Origin: Octopus vulgaris
Lineage: Eukaryota
DNA: 124,000 bases
Assembly: GCA_951406725.2 (NCBI GenBank)
Contig: OX597819.1
Coordinates: 25,068,001-25,192,000, forward strand
Direction: 5' to 3'
Shown: piece after piece, positions 13,518 to 27,124 of the stretch
How positions within the stretch are numbered: the first letter of the stretch is position 1
How the letters are laid out: every line of letters begins with the position of its first letter
Notes under the pieces: generated by a model
The model's input: the letters and a program-made list of their open reading frames with translations, nothing else
Told to the model about the DNA's origin: nothing
The model's database searches: none
Made by a program: the position numbers and the translations under genes

Positions 13518-14092
13518 TATTGTGCTTGTTTATCATCATTGCACACTCACACACACACACTGAGTGTTTAGAGGTTTGCTTCTCAGCCATGTAGTTCTTG
13601 GTTCAATCCCATAGTGTGACACCTTGGGCAAGTAAGTGTCTTCTGCCAAAGTCCTGAGCTGACCAAACCATTTGGTAAAAGAAAACTGAAAGAAGTCTGT
13701 TGAATGTACCCCTGTTTGTGTGTGTGTGTGTGTGTTAGCATCATCTTGTCTTGGTATCATGAGGTGGTTGTAAATGAGTGTTACCATTACACAAGTGTTG
13801 TTGTTCATTTCTAATCTTCAATGAAAACATGTGTGGCCATAGGGAAATATTATTTTGTTTGGAAACCAATACTGATTGCTGATAAGAAGGTCAGCTGATT
13901 GTAAAAATTCTGCCTCAATGAGTTCCATGCAAGCATGGAAAAGTGAATGTTAAAATGATGATGACTACAGCAATAATGATGATGATGACTATGATGGTGC
14001 TGCTGCTGATAATGATGGTGATTTGATGATATATGAGCAAATTGGCAGTCATTCGGTCATTGAATAGAACTTTGCAATATTTGTTCTGGCCA

Positions 14093-14575
14093 AGGCGGCG
14101 AGCTGGCAGAAACATTAGCAGGCCGGGCAAAATGCTTAGCGGTTTTTCATCTGCCGCTACGTTCTCAGTTCAAATTCCACCGAAGTCAACTTTGCCTTTT
14201 GTCCTTTCGGGGTCAATTAAATAAGCACCAGTTACGCACTGGGGTCAATATAATCAACTTAATCCGTTTGTCTGTCCTTGTTTGTCCTCTCTGTGTTATG
14301 CCCCTTGTGGGTAGTAAAGAAATAGGTATTTTGTCTGTCTTTACGTTCTAATTTCAAATTCCGCTTACGTTGACCTTGCCTTTCATCCTTTTGGGTACCA
14401 GTTGCATGCTGGGGTCGATCTAATTGACTGGCCCACTCCTCCAAAATTTCGGGCCTCGTGCCTAGAATAGAAAAGAATATCTGTTCTGGCTCTCTGTGTT
14501 CTGAGTTCAAATTCTAACACGGTCAACTTTACCTTTCTCTCATCTTTTTCTGGGGGTCTATAAATAAAGTATCTT
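14093..14575 (+). mobile_element. SINE family B plus two tandem partial copies
   Basis: Family match. Confidence 0.75.
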
Positions 14576-15719
14576 TCCAAGGTAATCGGTTGGCAGTATT
14601 TATTCTGGATCTTTGCATTTTGATAGCAGCATTTGCTTTATGTTGTTGCAAAGCATAAACAGGATCCTTTGAATGAAACTGACCAGGGATGAGATGGCAT
14701 GCTGGATGATATTGCAAATGAAATGAAGAAAGAACAAAATGTATGGCAATACATCGTACAACAGACCCACCCAAACTACATTGATATAAGAAAAATAAAA
14801 AAGACATTAAAATGGTGATGATGATGATTCTTGTGATTATCTACTGTAATTGTCTGCATCATCATAAATGTTGTTGTGGTCGTTGTTGTGATAATTTTTG
14901 TTTTCATTATTATCATTAAGAATTGGGAGGAAAAAGCCTTTTAAATTTGTTAGCATTCAAATTTATTTTACCTTGTTATTTTTTAATAAGTCATTGGTTA
15001 CTAAAAAGAAAAAGAGTTAGTCATTTCAGTTTATCAACATGACGAAATATTGGTCATTCTTCTGAACCACACATATGCATACACATACACACGACCCTTC
15101 CCCCCACCATTATTTCTTAAATTGTTGTTATCTCAAGGGAAACTCATTAGTACTTTGGAGCCATTTAGTTTTAATAATGAGATTTTTGAGGAAATCTGTA
15201 TCTGAAGAATTCTGAAGTGGTCAAACGAAGTCAAAAAAAAATTAAGCAAAGAATTTTTTTTTATATGTTTGGTATTGTTGATTGTCTGATAACATTTCTG
15301 AAGTATCAAGTCTCAGACTACTTCTGATATAGAACCAATTTAAAATAATGATTTTTTTACTATCAAAACTAATAAAATTGCCATCCAGAAACATATAATC
15401 ACATGAAGTATGAAAAACAAACACATAACATGAGCCACATAGCCACTCTTTTGTTTAAATGTGACCCATCTCAGCTTAGTTGTTAAATATCTTGGTCGTT
15501 TTTTTTTCCAAATACTGGTTCATCATCATCATATAACGTCCACATTACCATACTTGCATGAGTCACATGGAATTTATTGAGGCAAATTTTTGTATGGCCC
15601 TTCTTGTGACCAACCCATATTTTCCCATAGATAGACATGTTTTTCATTGAAGACTATGAATGAATAACCTCACTTGTAAGAAGCTGAAGCTCATTTACAA
15701 CTATCATGTGCTGTCTAGA

Positions 15720-15965
15720 CAAGTGTTTGTATCTCAGACCGGACGATGTGTGTTTATGAGCGAAACACCTAAGCTCCACGCGGCTCCGGCAGAAGGTAAT
15801 GGCGAAACTTCTGCTGACTCTTTCGCCTCAACTTTCTCTCACTCTCTCCTACTGCATCTTGCAGCTCACCTGCGATGGACTGGCGTCCCATCCAGGTGGG
15901 GAACCTATACGCCAAGAAACTGGGAAACCGGCCCTTATGAGCCAGGCATGGCTTGAGAAGGAACC
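15720..15965 (+). mobile_element. SINE fragment sharing family-D 5' modules but with a V-domain-like body
   Basis: GAGCGAAACACCTAAGCTCCACG.GGCTCCGGCAG and CAACTTTCTCTCACTCT as in D, then CCTGCGATGGACTGGCGTCCCATCCAGG. Confidence 0.55.
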
Positions 15966-16752
15966 AAAAAAAACACACACACACACACACGTCTTTTCCT
16001 TCCCACCAACCAAATCCACTAACAATACTTTGGTGGTCTTGAGGCTCTAGTAGAAGATATTTGTCCAAGATGCCACACTGGGGATTGAACCATATGATTG
16101 ATAAGCAAGCATTCCAGCCACACAACTATGCCTATGCCTACTGCCATGCCTGCACTGGGTTCCCTGATCATAATGTCAATGATGGGGACATAAGACATAA
16201 AATTTGTGGTGGTATTTGATGACATTTTTGATATCATTGACGATGATAGGGGTATGGTTGATGAAATTGTTGAATCATGGTTGAAATATCTTGTGGTATT
16301 TAGTTACATCTCTCTTCACATTCTAAGTTCAAATGTTGTAGTTGACTTTTTCTTTTATTCTTCTTGGGTTGATTATATAAAGCAGCAATCAAGTGCTGCA
16401 GGTGATGTGATTGTTTTTAGTCCATCTCTGAATTTCTAGCCTGTTGCTTCTATAACAAATTAAGTGAGTTGTCAGGATTGTTAGAATATCAGAGAAATTG
16501 TTCTAGAGCACTTTATGTAGTTCTTTACATTTTAAGTTCAAATTCTACTGAGGCTAACTTTATCTTTCATCCCTTATTTGTTTTAATAAAATAATGTATT
16601 ATCTTGTACTGAGGGTGAAAGTACCAATCTAATCAACTAATCCCAGCCTCTCAAAATTGCTGGTCTTCTACCAAAATTGGAAATTATTATTATTATTAGA
16701 GCAATTGAATACTATGGATGGGGAGTAAAGCAGAAATTTACCCAGGATTTAC

Positions 16753-16954
16753 AAGGCAAATAAGAAAATGGAGAAGGTAAACAATTGACAAACATCAGCC
16801 TGTAAACATTGAATTATATCTATTTATTAACTGTCTTTATATCTATTTATTAATTATCACTTATGCATAATTGTAATCAATTAATAAATAGATATATTTG
16901 AATATTTACATGCTGATGTTTGTCGATTATTTACACTCTCCATTTTCTTATTGG

Positions 16955-16958
<4 letters not shown>
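16753..16958. repeat. Imperfect inverted repeat (MITE-like hairpin)
   Basis: AAGGCAAATAAGAAAATGGAGA.. / ..TCTCCATTTTCTTATTGGCCTT, arms about 60-85 bp. Confidence 0.7.
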
Positions 16959-17000
<42 letters not shown>

Positions 17001-17042
17001 TATATAGAGAGAGACCAAAGTGTATGTACGCTGCTATATTTT

Positions 17043-17390
17043 ATATATAAAAAATACAAAATGGAACAAAAACGCAAAACATCCAGACAGTTAGGTGAAA
17101 CAAAAAAGGGACAACAAAATATCCAGACAGACGATACAACGAAAACAAGGACAGATCATTCGAGTTTTCTATCCTCAGTCGAGTTCCAGATTAGCTTTGG
17201 AGCAATCTCGAGTATAACCAGCCGAAATTGCAAAAATAATCTGGAACTTGACTGAGGATAGAAAACTCTGAATGATCCGTCCTTGTTTTCCTTGTATCGT
17301 CTGTCTGGATATTTTGTTTTCCCTTTTTTTGTTTCACCTAACTGTCTGGATGTTTTGCATTCTTGTCCCATTTTTGTATTTTACATATAT
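17043..17390. repeat. ~350-bp palindromic foldback element
   Basis: Arms about 150 bp; ORFs 17061(+) and 17156-17371(-) translate to near-identical peptides. Confidence 0.85.
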
Positions 17391-18918
17391 ATATATATAT
17401 ATGTGAAAATCAATGTTGCTGTCAGCTGTATGCAAACACGTTTATTATTGGTTAACTCACCCTGACTGCACAAAAACTTTTATCAAAAATATTCCAGCCT
17501 TGACCATCAATCTAGTCTTTTTAAATGCCCAAGGCTACATTATCTAATGCATTCTTCCTTTTATTAAAATGATGTGGTGTATGACCTGTGAAATATTTGG
17601 CTATTATTTCTAGTAGGCCAGGCGGGCGACTGCACATAGGCTCCTCACATAAATCATGACCCTGTACATAGGTAGTAGCTGGAAGTGGAATGATTCAGCT
17701 TCTTGATTTGAAGTCCCTTTACTGTTCATCGTGTTCTTCAAGTAGATACTCTCCACCCCCTCAATTATCTGATTTTCCCCCTATGCCATCCATCTCATCT
17801 CCTCATGCACAAGTAGTTGTAGTGGATGAAGTAGTTTCAAAGTTAGGACCTTATCAATAATCTTGATATGGCCATGTCAAGCTGCAGCAGTCTTATAATA
17901 GCTTCTTAATTGGCAATGATAATGAGGCAATGCTAAGGAAGGTGACCATCAGGATATAGATGCTAATAGTGATAATGGTAATGATGCTGTTGTTGGTGGT
18001 GGTGATGATGATGATGGTGGTGGTGCTGCTGGTTACAGTAATGATGATGGGGGGAAAAAACTATTTACTCATAAAAATTCTTGAATGATTGAGAGAATAG
18101 TAGTGATTTGGGGGTTCTGTGTCAGTCTGGTAATATTTCAATTTCTGATATGTCCTATCCATCGCAGCACCTTTTTGGAATGTTTTGTATTTTATTTCGC
18201 TCATTTTTCATCTCCTGTCTCTTGTTGAAGGATCACAGTCTGAAATGTTAAATTACCCTCTGTTTCTTCCTTTCAGTGTAAAACTTGTAACTTCTATCCT
18301 TTTTGTGTTTTTTGGTTTCTGAAATATTTTTGAATGGTGGTAGTGGAATGTAGATATTTAAAGCAATATTCATGAACATGGATGTATACATGTGTTTTCT
18401 TTACTCAGAATTTAACAAAATATAAATAATAATAATAAATAAAAAAATACATCTTACCATAAAAGTACTGAGGCTAGAAGTTACTGTAATGGGAATACAT
18501 AGAAAACACAAGGAATTTCACAAGGCACTTGGAATAAAATATTCAATGTTATTTTTTGTGTAGAGTCTAGGGATTGAGATGCCTGTGTTGTGAGTGAGTG
18601 AGAAGGCTGAGATAGGAGTACAACATTATATTTGTATACAGGTATGTTGTGGCATGAGAATTCTTAAGAGCGTAAACTATCAGTAAAAAGCAATCCTCTC
18701 TCCTTCTCCCCCCCTCTCTCTCACACACAACCACACTTGGAACAAAATGATGGGTTAGAGGTTTAAAAGCAAACATAAAAAAGGTTTCTTTCTAATCAAT
18801 GGAACAATCTATGTATGAATAAAATATTCAATAATGTTTGGAATTTAAAAGGTACCCTGTTCCATGTTTAGATGACAATGAACAATCTGTTTTTTATATA
18901 TATGTGTGTGTATATGTG

Positions 18919-18963
<45 letters not shown>

Positions 18964-19242
18964 ATATATATGTGTGTGTATATGTATGTATATTTGTATA
19001 TATATGTGTGTGTATATGTATGTATATTTGTATATATATGTGTGTGTATATGTATGTATATTTGTATATAAATATGTGTGTGTATATGTATGTATACTTG
19101 TATATATTTATGTGTGTGTGTGTATGTATATCTATGTAAGTATGTATGTATATTTATTATGAATAAACAAATAGATAGTTATATCCAATTATGAATTTGT
19201 GCATGCATGTGTTTCACACACACAAGCATACACACTCATACA

Positions 19243-19285
<43 letters not shown>

Positions 19286-19754
19286 GCATACACACTCTTA
19301 CACACACACACACACACACACTGTATCTTGATTATTGAAAGCATGCTGAGATATTATATCTATAGTAAAATACATATTTACATCTACTGCTCTTTTTCTT
19401 TTTTTCGTCAATACATTTCTACAAATTGTTGGGTATCCTTGGCAAATTTTGTAATTGGTACACTCGGTTCCTTTGAACCTAAAATCGGTTATGATTCTTG
19501 TCTTTTGTATTTTCTTGCTGTCTTTTACACAGTTAAGTGTATGCGTTATGTATAGGCATAAAGACATGTATAGATATGTCTGTGTATTTATATATATAAA
19601 TGTATACATGTGAATGAATATGTATGTGTGCATGTAAATATATGTGTGTTTGTGTGTATATATTATATCATAATATTTAGAGATATTGTGTATGTATGTA
19701 TGTATGTATGTATGTATGTATGTATGTATGTATGTATGTATGTATGTATGTATA

Positions 19755-19970
19755 TATGAAGTGGGTGCTGAAAAGTTTCTGGCTTTAAGGGTATTGTGAA
19801 AGGCCTGGTCAGAGGCCTAACTTTCTGAGTTCTTTTACAGGGCTTAGAAAAACTGAAGGACTGCTGCAGTAAGTGTGTGATTCAGAGGGGGGGAATATGT
19901 TAAATAAAATCATAATAAACTGTTCCTCCTAATTTTTATTTAGCCAGGAATTTTTCTGTCACCTCTCATA
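19755..19970 (+). mobile_element. Mariner-derived MITE
   Basis: Degenerate ~28-bp TIRs (GGTGCTGAAAAGTTTCTGGC / GCCAGGAATTTTTCTGTCACC), TA flanks, residual KCV..RGEYV* tail. Confidence 0.6.
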
Positions 19971-19990
19971 TATATATATATATATATATA

Positions 19991-20029
<39 letters not shown>

Positions 20030-20064
20030 CAAAGTGGAGTTGTAAGGTACCGCACGAGTGGAAT

Positions 20065-20164
20065 TATATAAGAAAGAAGGTTTGAAAATGCAATTTTAAA
20101 AGATGTTTATTCACTTTAAATAAACATTTTTAAAATTGCATTTTCAAACCTTCTTTCGTATATA
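20065..20164. repeat. Short near-perfect palindrome
   Basis: ~47-bp arms, 7-nt loop. Confidence 0.75.
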
Positions 20165-21486
20165 TATATATATATATACATACATACATACATATATATG
20201 TGTAGATATAAGCACAGGTCGGTTAAGAAGTTTACTTGCTTGACAAACCATGTGATTTTGGGTCATTCAGTGTGTGGCATGTTGGGCAAATGTTGACCAA
20301 TGCCTTGTGAGTGAAATTTAGATAGAAAATGTATGAAAGCCTTTTATATATATGTACGCTTCTGTGTGTGTGTGTGTGCGTGTGCACGCACATGTGACAT
20401 GACTTGGAAAGCATGACTAGGGGACAAACACAGACACACAAACTCATACACACACACATATATATAGATACATATATACGACAGGCTTCTTTCAGTTTCC
20501 GTCTACCAAATCCACTCACAAGGCATTGGTCGGCCTGGGGATATAACAGAAGACACTTGCCCAAGATGCCACGCTGTGGGACTGAACCCAGAACCATGTG
20601 GTTGGTTAGCAAGCTACTTATCACACAGCCACTCCTGCGCCTATTGTCATTAACATTGCCTGAGCAAAAAACCCTAATGTTGTCTATATTCTTCTATAAA
20701 ATGTCCCCATAGTTGATGTCATGTAATGTGACTGAACCCTAAGCCATGTTGTTGCAGAGTGAATTTCTTAACTGCATGGCTACAGTAGCACCCCTAAATA
20801 TATTTGGATAAACATACAGATAGATATACACACACATATTTACATAATAGCCATCCCCCCACACACACACACAAACTGAAATTAAACTGAGCAAAAAAAA
20901 AAAAAAAAGAAGGAAAGGGAAAAATTATCTGGTTTAATTTCAATCGTTTTGAATATGAACAAATTTATGGGAAGATTAAAAGCTGTAGTAAAACATATGT
21001 ATATGTGTCCAAACTATTAATTCTGTACAGGATCACATGCCTGGCGTTTCTGCCTACCATTTAATTGCATGTTTTATTTGAGTCTTGCTGGTCTTCTGGC
21101 ATTTGACTCTTAACTGATGGTAATTAGGTAATAAATAGAAGGTAAAGGAAGAGCTGAATAATAATAATAATGATAATAATAATAATAATAATAACAATAA
21201 TAATAATAATAATAATAATAATGCCAATGGAGAACTCTTGGGTTTGGGGTAGAAAGAGACTGTTGAAAAAAAAATTGTAACTTAAGTGTGCATATGTGTG
21301 TAGGATATAGTGAATAAGGTGGAGAGAGGGAGAAAGAAGAGAAGGGGATTGAAAGTAAAGGCAGGAAAACTAAAGGGGAAAATAGAGAGAGAAAGGAAGC
21401 TGCTGATAAACACAGAGATATTGAAAGGAAGAGAGATGAGGGGACAGAAAAATTAAATTTACATGTAATGTATGTGGTGAGAAAGT

Positions 21487-21529
<43 letters not shown>

Positions 21530-21709
21530 TTATTTATTTATACAAATGCTTATACATACAATGGGTTTCATTTATTTTTTGTGTACTAAATCCTCTCATT
21601 TTGGTCAGTCTGGGAATAGAGTAGAAAACAGTTGCGAAGGTGTCATACAGTGAAACTGAACCCCCAAACCAAGTTATTCGGAAATGAACTTCTTAACTAC
21701 ATTACCATG

Positions 21710-21776
<67 letters not shown>

Positions 21777-23188
21777 ATGCACATAGATTCACGTGTGCAA
21801 TGCTGGAACATTTGTTTTCAGCATAAAGTTGGAAAGTGGAACCCCCTTCATTGTATCCTTTAGAAATAAAGTGATGTGTTTAGCCTCAGGAGGCCTAACA
21901 CATAACTTATTGAAGAGTTTGAATTCAATAAATTTATTTCTAAAATTTCAATGGCTGTCTGTTTCAGAAATAATCAATTTAGTGAAAAGTAGGAGAAAAG
22001 TGAGGTATGTTGGTGTGCTGTAAGGAGGAAGAATGTTTAAATTTTTGAAGATGATTTGTTCACAATCCTTATTTTTTATTATCACTGAAAATATCTGTCC
22101 TGGTTGTCTGTTTATCCATTCACACATCTATCTACTTATATATCCTTCTATTCATTTGTATTCCAGCACATTTTCGTATCTGTCTGTGCACTCTTTTGTC
22201 TGTCTGTCTGTCAGCACCCTTGTGTCTGTCATGAGGCGTTCTGTTTAACTTTCTCTTTTACCTGTCTTTGTGCCCTTCTGTTTGTGTGTCTGTACACTCT
22301 ATGCCTACCTCAGTGCCATTCTGTTTGTCTGTGTACTCTTGTGACTGCCTCTGCATCTTCAATGCATTCAAAACCTTCTGGTTTTCATATAATGCAGATA
22401 ACAAAAGGGATAATACAATAGCATCTTAACTAAACTCCCTTTATATCCTAAACAATCTACATCAACACATACATAGCTCATTAAGCCAACTATGAAAACT
22501 TTTCCCCAGACATCATATTCTGATCTACATACCTAGCTATCACAATTTCTTGGCAAATATTCCCTAACTGTCCTTAGACCACCCACCAGTTATTCTCACC
22601 ACACACTAAGGTAACAGAATGGTACAATCATTAGAATGGTGAGAAAAAAATGCTTTGTAGCTATTTATCTGACTCTTTACATTACAAATTCAAATTTTGC
22701 CTAGGTCAACTTTGCCTTTCATATTTCTGGGATCAATAAAATAAAGTATCAATTGAATACTAGCATTGTTGGTATCAATGTTGGAATCAACTCTCTTCAA
22801 AATTGTTGTTTTTGTGCCTAACCTTGAAACACAATGCACTTGCATATAAATGAGTATGAGGAATGTAAAAAATATTTTTACATACTTCAAAAATGTACAT
22901 TAGAATAAGTTTCAACAAGAAACATTAACAAAGTTCTTTGAATTTAACTACACCACAATGACTAACTTAAATACTGCAATCTACAAATTCAGCAAGACAT
23001 CTTCCACAAAGCAATATGAAAAATACAACCCCACCTACAATGATTTGAGATTATTTTGGAATATTAAGGTTTCTGTGTTCAAATAGAAAAAATATTTCTT
23101 GATTTATAGCTTGGTGAATGTTGCGTCGTCACCATAATCTCATCATTCCAATGTTCACTTTTCCATGCTTGTATGCGTTGGACTGAAT

Positions 23189-23417
23189 TTAACCCTTTAG
23201 TGTTCACATTATTCTGCCAAAATTAATGCTTTTTCATCCACATTGTTTTGAACTAATCAGGCATTATCTTGGTGCTATGAGATTTTGATGAGGTAGCTGT
23301 TAATTTTTGAAACGATATTGTAGGGTTGGTGTGAGAGACCAGATCTGACCAGTTTGAACATAAAACAGGCAGAATACTTTTGGCCGGATATGGCCAGTTT
23401 AAATGCTAAAGGGTTAA
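23189..23417. mobile_element. piggyBac-type MITE family 1 (opposite-orientation copy at 52739-52965)
   Basis: TTAA|CCCTTTAG ... CTAAAGGG|TTAA. Confidence 0.7.
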
Positions 23418-23922
23418 TGAGTTTTTTTTACAATCAGTCACCAACCCTCACCACTTTCTAAGTACTTCCCCATGACCTGACATATCTTCACGGATCAGAA
23501 AGGAAAGACTCTGCTTGCATGAGAGTGAGACTTGTTTACAATCATCATGTCAAGGCAAGAAAACAGTAACTCAAATACACACTCATACATACACACACAC
23601 CATGGGCTTTTTTCAGCTTTTGCCAACATAACCCTGCCTCAACTTTTTGGTCTGCCCAGGGATTGTACCTGAAACCATGTGGTTGGGAATCAAGCTTCTT
23701 ACCACACAGCCACACTTCCATCTGTATTCTTCCTTCATCCACAAAGATACTCTTTAAGTCATTAATATCTAAACTATTGTTAAATTGTATTCCAGATGCC
23801 AGCTGAATAATATGGAAGTTAGTTAACTAAATCTCTCAGAATCCTTAAATTTCAAACTTTATTGAAACATATAAACAGTATATTTCATTAAAAATACTTC
23901 TGCAAAAGGGTTACCATTTCAT

Positions 23923-24141
23923 CTCTTTTACTCTTTTACTTGTTTCAGTCATTTGACTGCGGCCATGCTGGAGCACCGCCTTTAATCGAGCAACTCGACC
24001 CCGGGACTTATTCTTTTGTAAGCCCAGTACTTATTCTATCGGTCTCTTTTGCCGAACCGCTAAGTAACGGGGACATAAACACACCAGCATCGGTTGTCAA
24101 GCAATGCTAGGGGGACAAACACAGACACACAAACACACACA

Positions 24142-24182
<41 letters not shown>

Positions 24183-24340
24183 GACGGGCTTCTTTCAGTT
24201 TCCGTCTACCAAATCCACTCACAAGGCATTGGTTGGCCCGGGGATATAGCAGAAGACACTTGCCCAAGATGCCACACAGTGGGACTGAACCCGGAACCAT
24301 GTGGTTGGTTAGCAAGCTACTTACCACACAGCCACTCCTG
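23923..24340 (-). mobile_element. SINE family A
   Basis: Near-identical reverse complement of family consensus. Confidence 0.85.
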
Positions 24341-25115
24341 ACATCAGTTATAGCTTTCTGTATATGTATTAATCTGTATTTGAAGATAATTAACTGAAAG
24401 AGAAAAGTTCACGAAAGTATTGTTGTTATTCATACTGAAATCTTCCAGAAAGAATCTACGTCACGTTTGATTGGAAACGGTTATGGCAACATAGTTTTGT
24501 TTCAGCTGAGCTAATCCTCCTTATTATACGTTGAAAGTATTTAACAACATTTCTTCTGGAGAATACATCGACATTATAATATTCAACATTAAACTAACAA
24601 ACCATAGATTAAAAGCAAATTCTTTCACCAAGCTCCATTCCATTATATTGGAGAAATATTTTATGTTAGTTTACTCATCTCTACCCTGCCCACCAACCCA
24701 CAGCAAGAAAGTTGTTAGATCTCCAGAAAGAAGTGTAGACATTTATAGGTGATTAGGAGCTGAAAGAAAACATTCACTCTAACGATTAGGACCTCAGAGG
24801 AAGAAAAACTGCCCCATAAAATAACAAGAAAGAAAAGTAAATATAAAACTAAGAAAATGATAAATGATAAATGAAACAGTTTGAAAATTGTACCTATGTT
24901 TTAAGGAGTTAGATGTTTCTTTTATCAATGTTAATAACTGTGAAATATTTTATTTATTTATTTCTACCTTCTTTATATTATTTCTTACACACTCTCCAAC
25001 ATTATCAATACTCTTCCTCACATACACTCTCTCACTACACACATGCACACACACATATGTGCATATATATTCATTCACGCAGAAATACATACAAATGTGT
25101 GTGTATGTATATGTT

Positions 25116-25180
<65 letters not shown>

Positions 25181-25460
25181 ATATATATATATATATATGT
25201 ATGTGTGTATATATATATATATATATACAGAGAGAGAGAGTCTGTGTGTGTTCTGTCTCTGTTATTCGCTCTCTCTCTCTTTCTAACATTTTCTTGTCTT
25301 TATCATCAGTACCATAAACTTCTTTTTCATTTACTTGGCTGAGACAGGGGGGAGCAACCATGATCTTTGACACCTCTCTTTCCCTCTCAGGCCAGTGAAA
25401 TCGATGTTGTTCACGTTGAGTTTGAACTTTTGTAGCTTGATGATATTTGTAGATAATACT

Positions 25461-25495
<35 letters not shown>

Positions 25496-26736
25496 CTGTG
25501 TGTGTGTGTGCATCTGTGTGTATGCATGCATATATGTGTTGTGGTTAGTGGAAAGTATGATGGCCAGAAAATATGCTGGTTGTAACAGTGAGAAGCGATG
25601 CTTAGGGAAATCATGTTGGTTAAGGAGCGGTGTGTTGGAAGTCTCTCTTCTAAGTTAATTGAGACCTTTTTTTTTTAATGTTGCAGAAACCTCAGCTGTC
25701 ATTTATAAAGTAATGAAGTTGGATGACTGTGTAAAGCACCAGTAATATCTGAACTATGTAGACACTTTATCTGGTAGAAATAGCAACCAAGTCTTCCTCA
25801 AATCATACCTTGCTATTTTAGAAACAGATTAATACATTGGACAATCTAGTCCTAGATATTCAGAAATACTGAATGGTTACAAGAGAAACACCTGGGATGA
25901 TAGACCTGCTCTGTTGGTGCTCACCTGTTGTATGAACATGAATTACAATAATTATAACATGAATTACAATAACTATAACAGAATATTTTGCATCAGTTTC
26001 ATAGATGTATAAGATTGATTAATTAACTAGTATGTATCTCATACTTGTTTTATTGTCCCTGGCAGAGAATAGTAGTTGCTGTTGGGATTTGAACATAAAA
26101 AGAAATTAGTAAATACTGAATAACATTTAGTACGTTATTTGTTTGTTTCAGCCACTCTATTGTCTTAATAATAGTGATGATGATGATGATGATGATTATG
26201 TCTACCATAACCACAATGTTAAACACTTTGGGGAATCAGTAAATGTCACTTTAAATTGATGCCATCACTTGGTTATGTACTTATTATCAACCTGGGCAAG
26301 ATTAAATGCAAAGGTGACCTCAATGAGATGTGAGGAGAGAACATAAAGTGATGTAACTTAATACTACAAACTATTTTGTTCAGTACCCTATTGAGCCCAT
26401 CATCGCTGCTAATGAATCTGTTATTTACCACCCAAAATAATCTGTCACTTAGCGCAATAATAATAATAATAGCAATTGCTTTTTATATTCAGGCTCAAGA
26501 CCAGTAAGTAAATTTTAAGAGAATTGGTTTACACTATACCATTCACCACAGTAGATGACTGGTTCTTTATTTCAACAGCCTTGAAAAGATGAAAAGCAAA
26601 GTTGACCTCAGCAGTATTTGAAATCAATAATAATAATAATGAATTGTCATAGAGGGCAATTGTGAAAATGTAGGGGAAGCTTTTTAATCCACTCAATGTG
26701 CTACAACCTGTCTAGTGCTGGAGTTGCAATGATAAA

Positions 26737-27124
26737 GTGGAGGCGCAATGGCTCAGTGGTTAGGGCAGCAGACTCGCGGTCATAGGATCGCGGTTTCGAT
26801 TCCCAGACCGGGCGTTGTGAGTATTTATTGAGCGAAAACACCTAAAGCTCCACGAGGCTCTGGCAGGGGATGGTGGTGATCCCTGCTGTACTCTTTCACC
26901 ACAACTTTCTCTCACTCTTACTTCCTGTTTCTGTTGTACCTGTATTTCAAAGGGCCGGCCTTGTCACTCTCTGTGTCATGCTGAATATCCCCGAGAACTA
27001 TGTTAAAGGTACACGTGTCTGTGGAGTGCTCAGCCACTTACACGTTAATTTCACGAGCAGGCTGTTCCGTTGGTTCGGATCAACCAGAACCCTCATCGTC
27101 GTAACCGATGGAGTGCTTCCACAC
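26737..27124 (+). mobile_element. tRNA-derived SINE family D with 11-bp TSD GCAATGATAAA
   Basis: GGCGCAATGGCTCAGTGGTTAGGGC A-box, GGTTTCGATTCCC B-box, tail GGAGTGCTTCCA; TSD at 26726-36 and 27125-35. Confidence 0.88.

Noticed and set aside
26737-26815. tRNA-like sequences at SINE heads (families A, B, D)
   Set aside because: A and B boxes are present but there is no complete cloverleaf with a 3' acceptor stem, and each continues into a repeat body.
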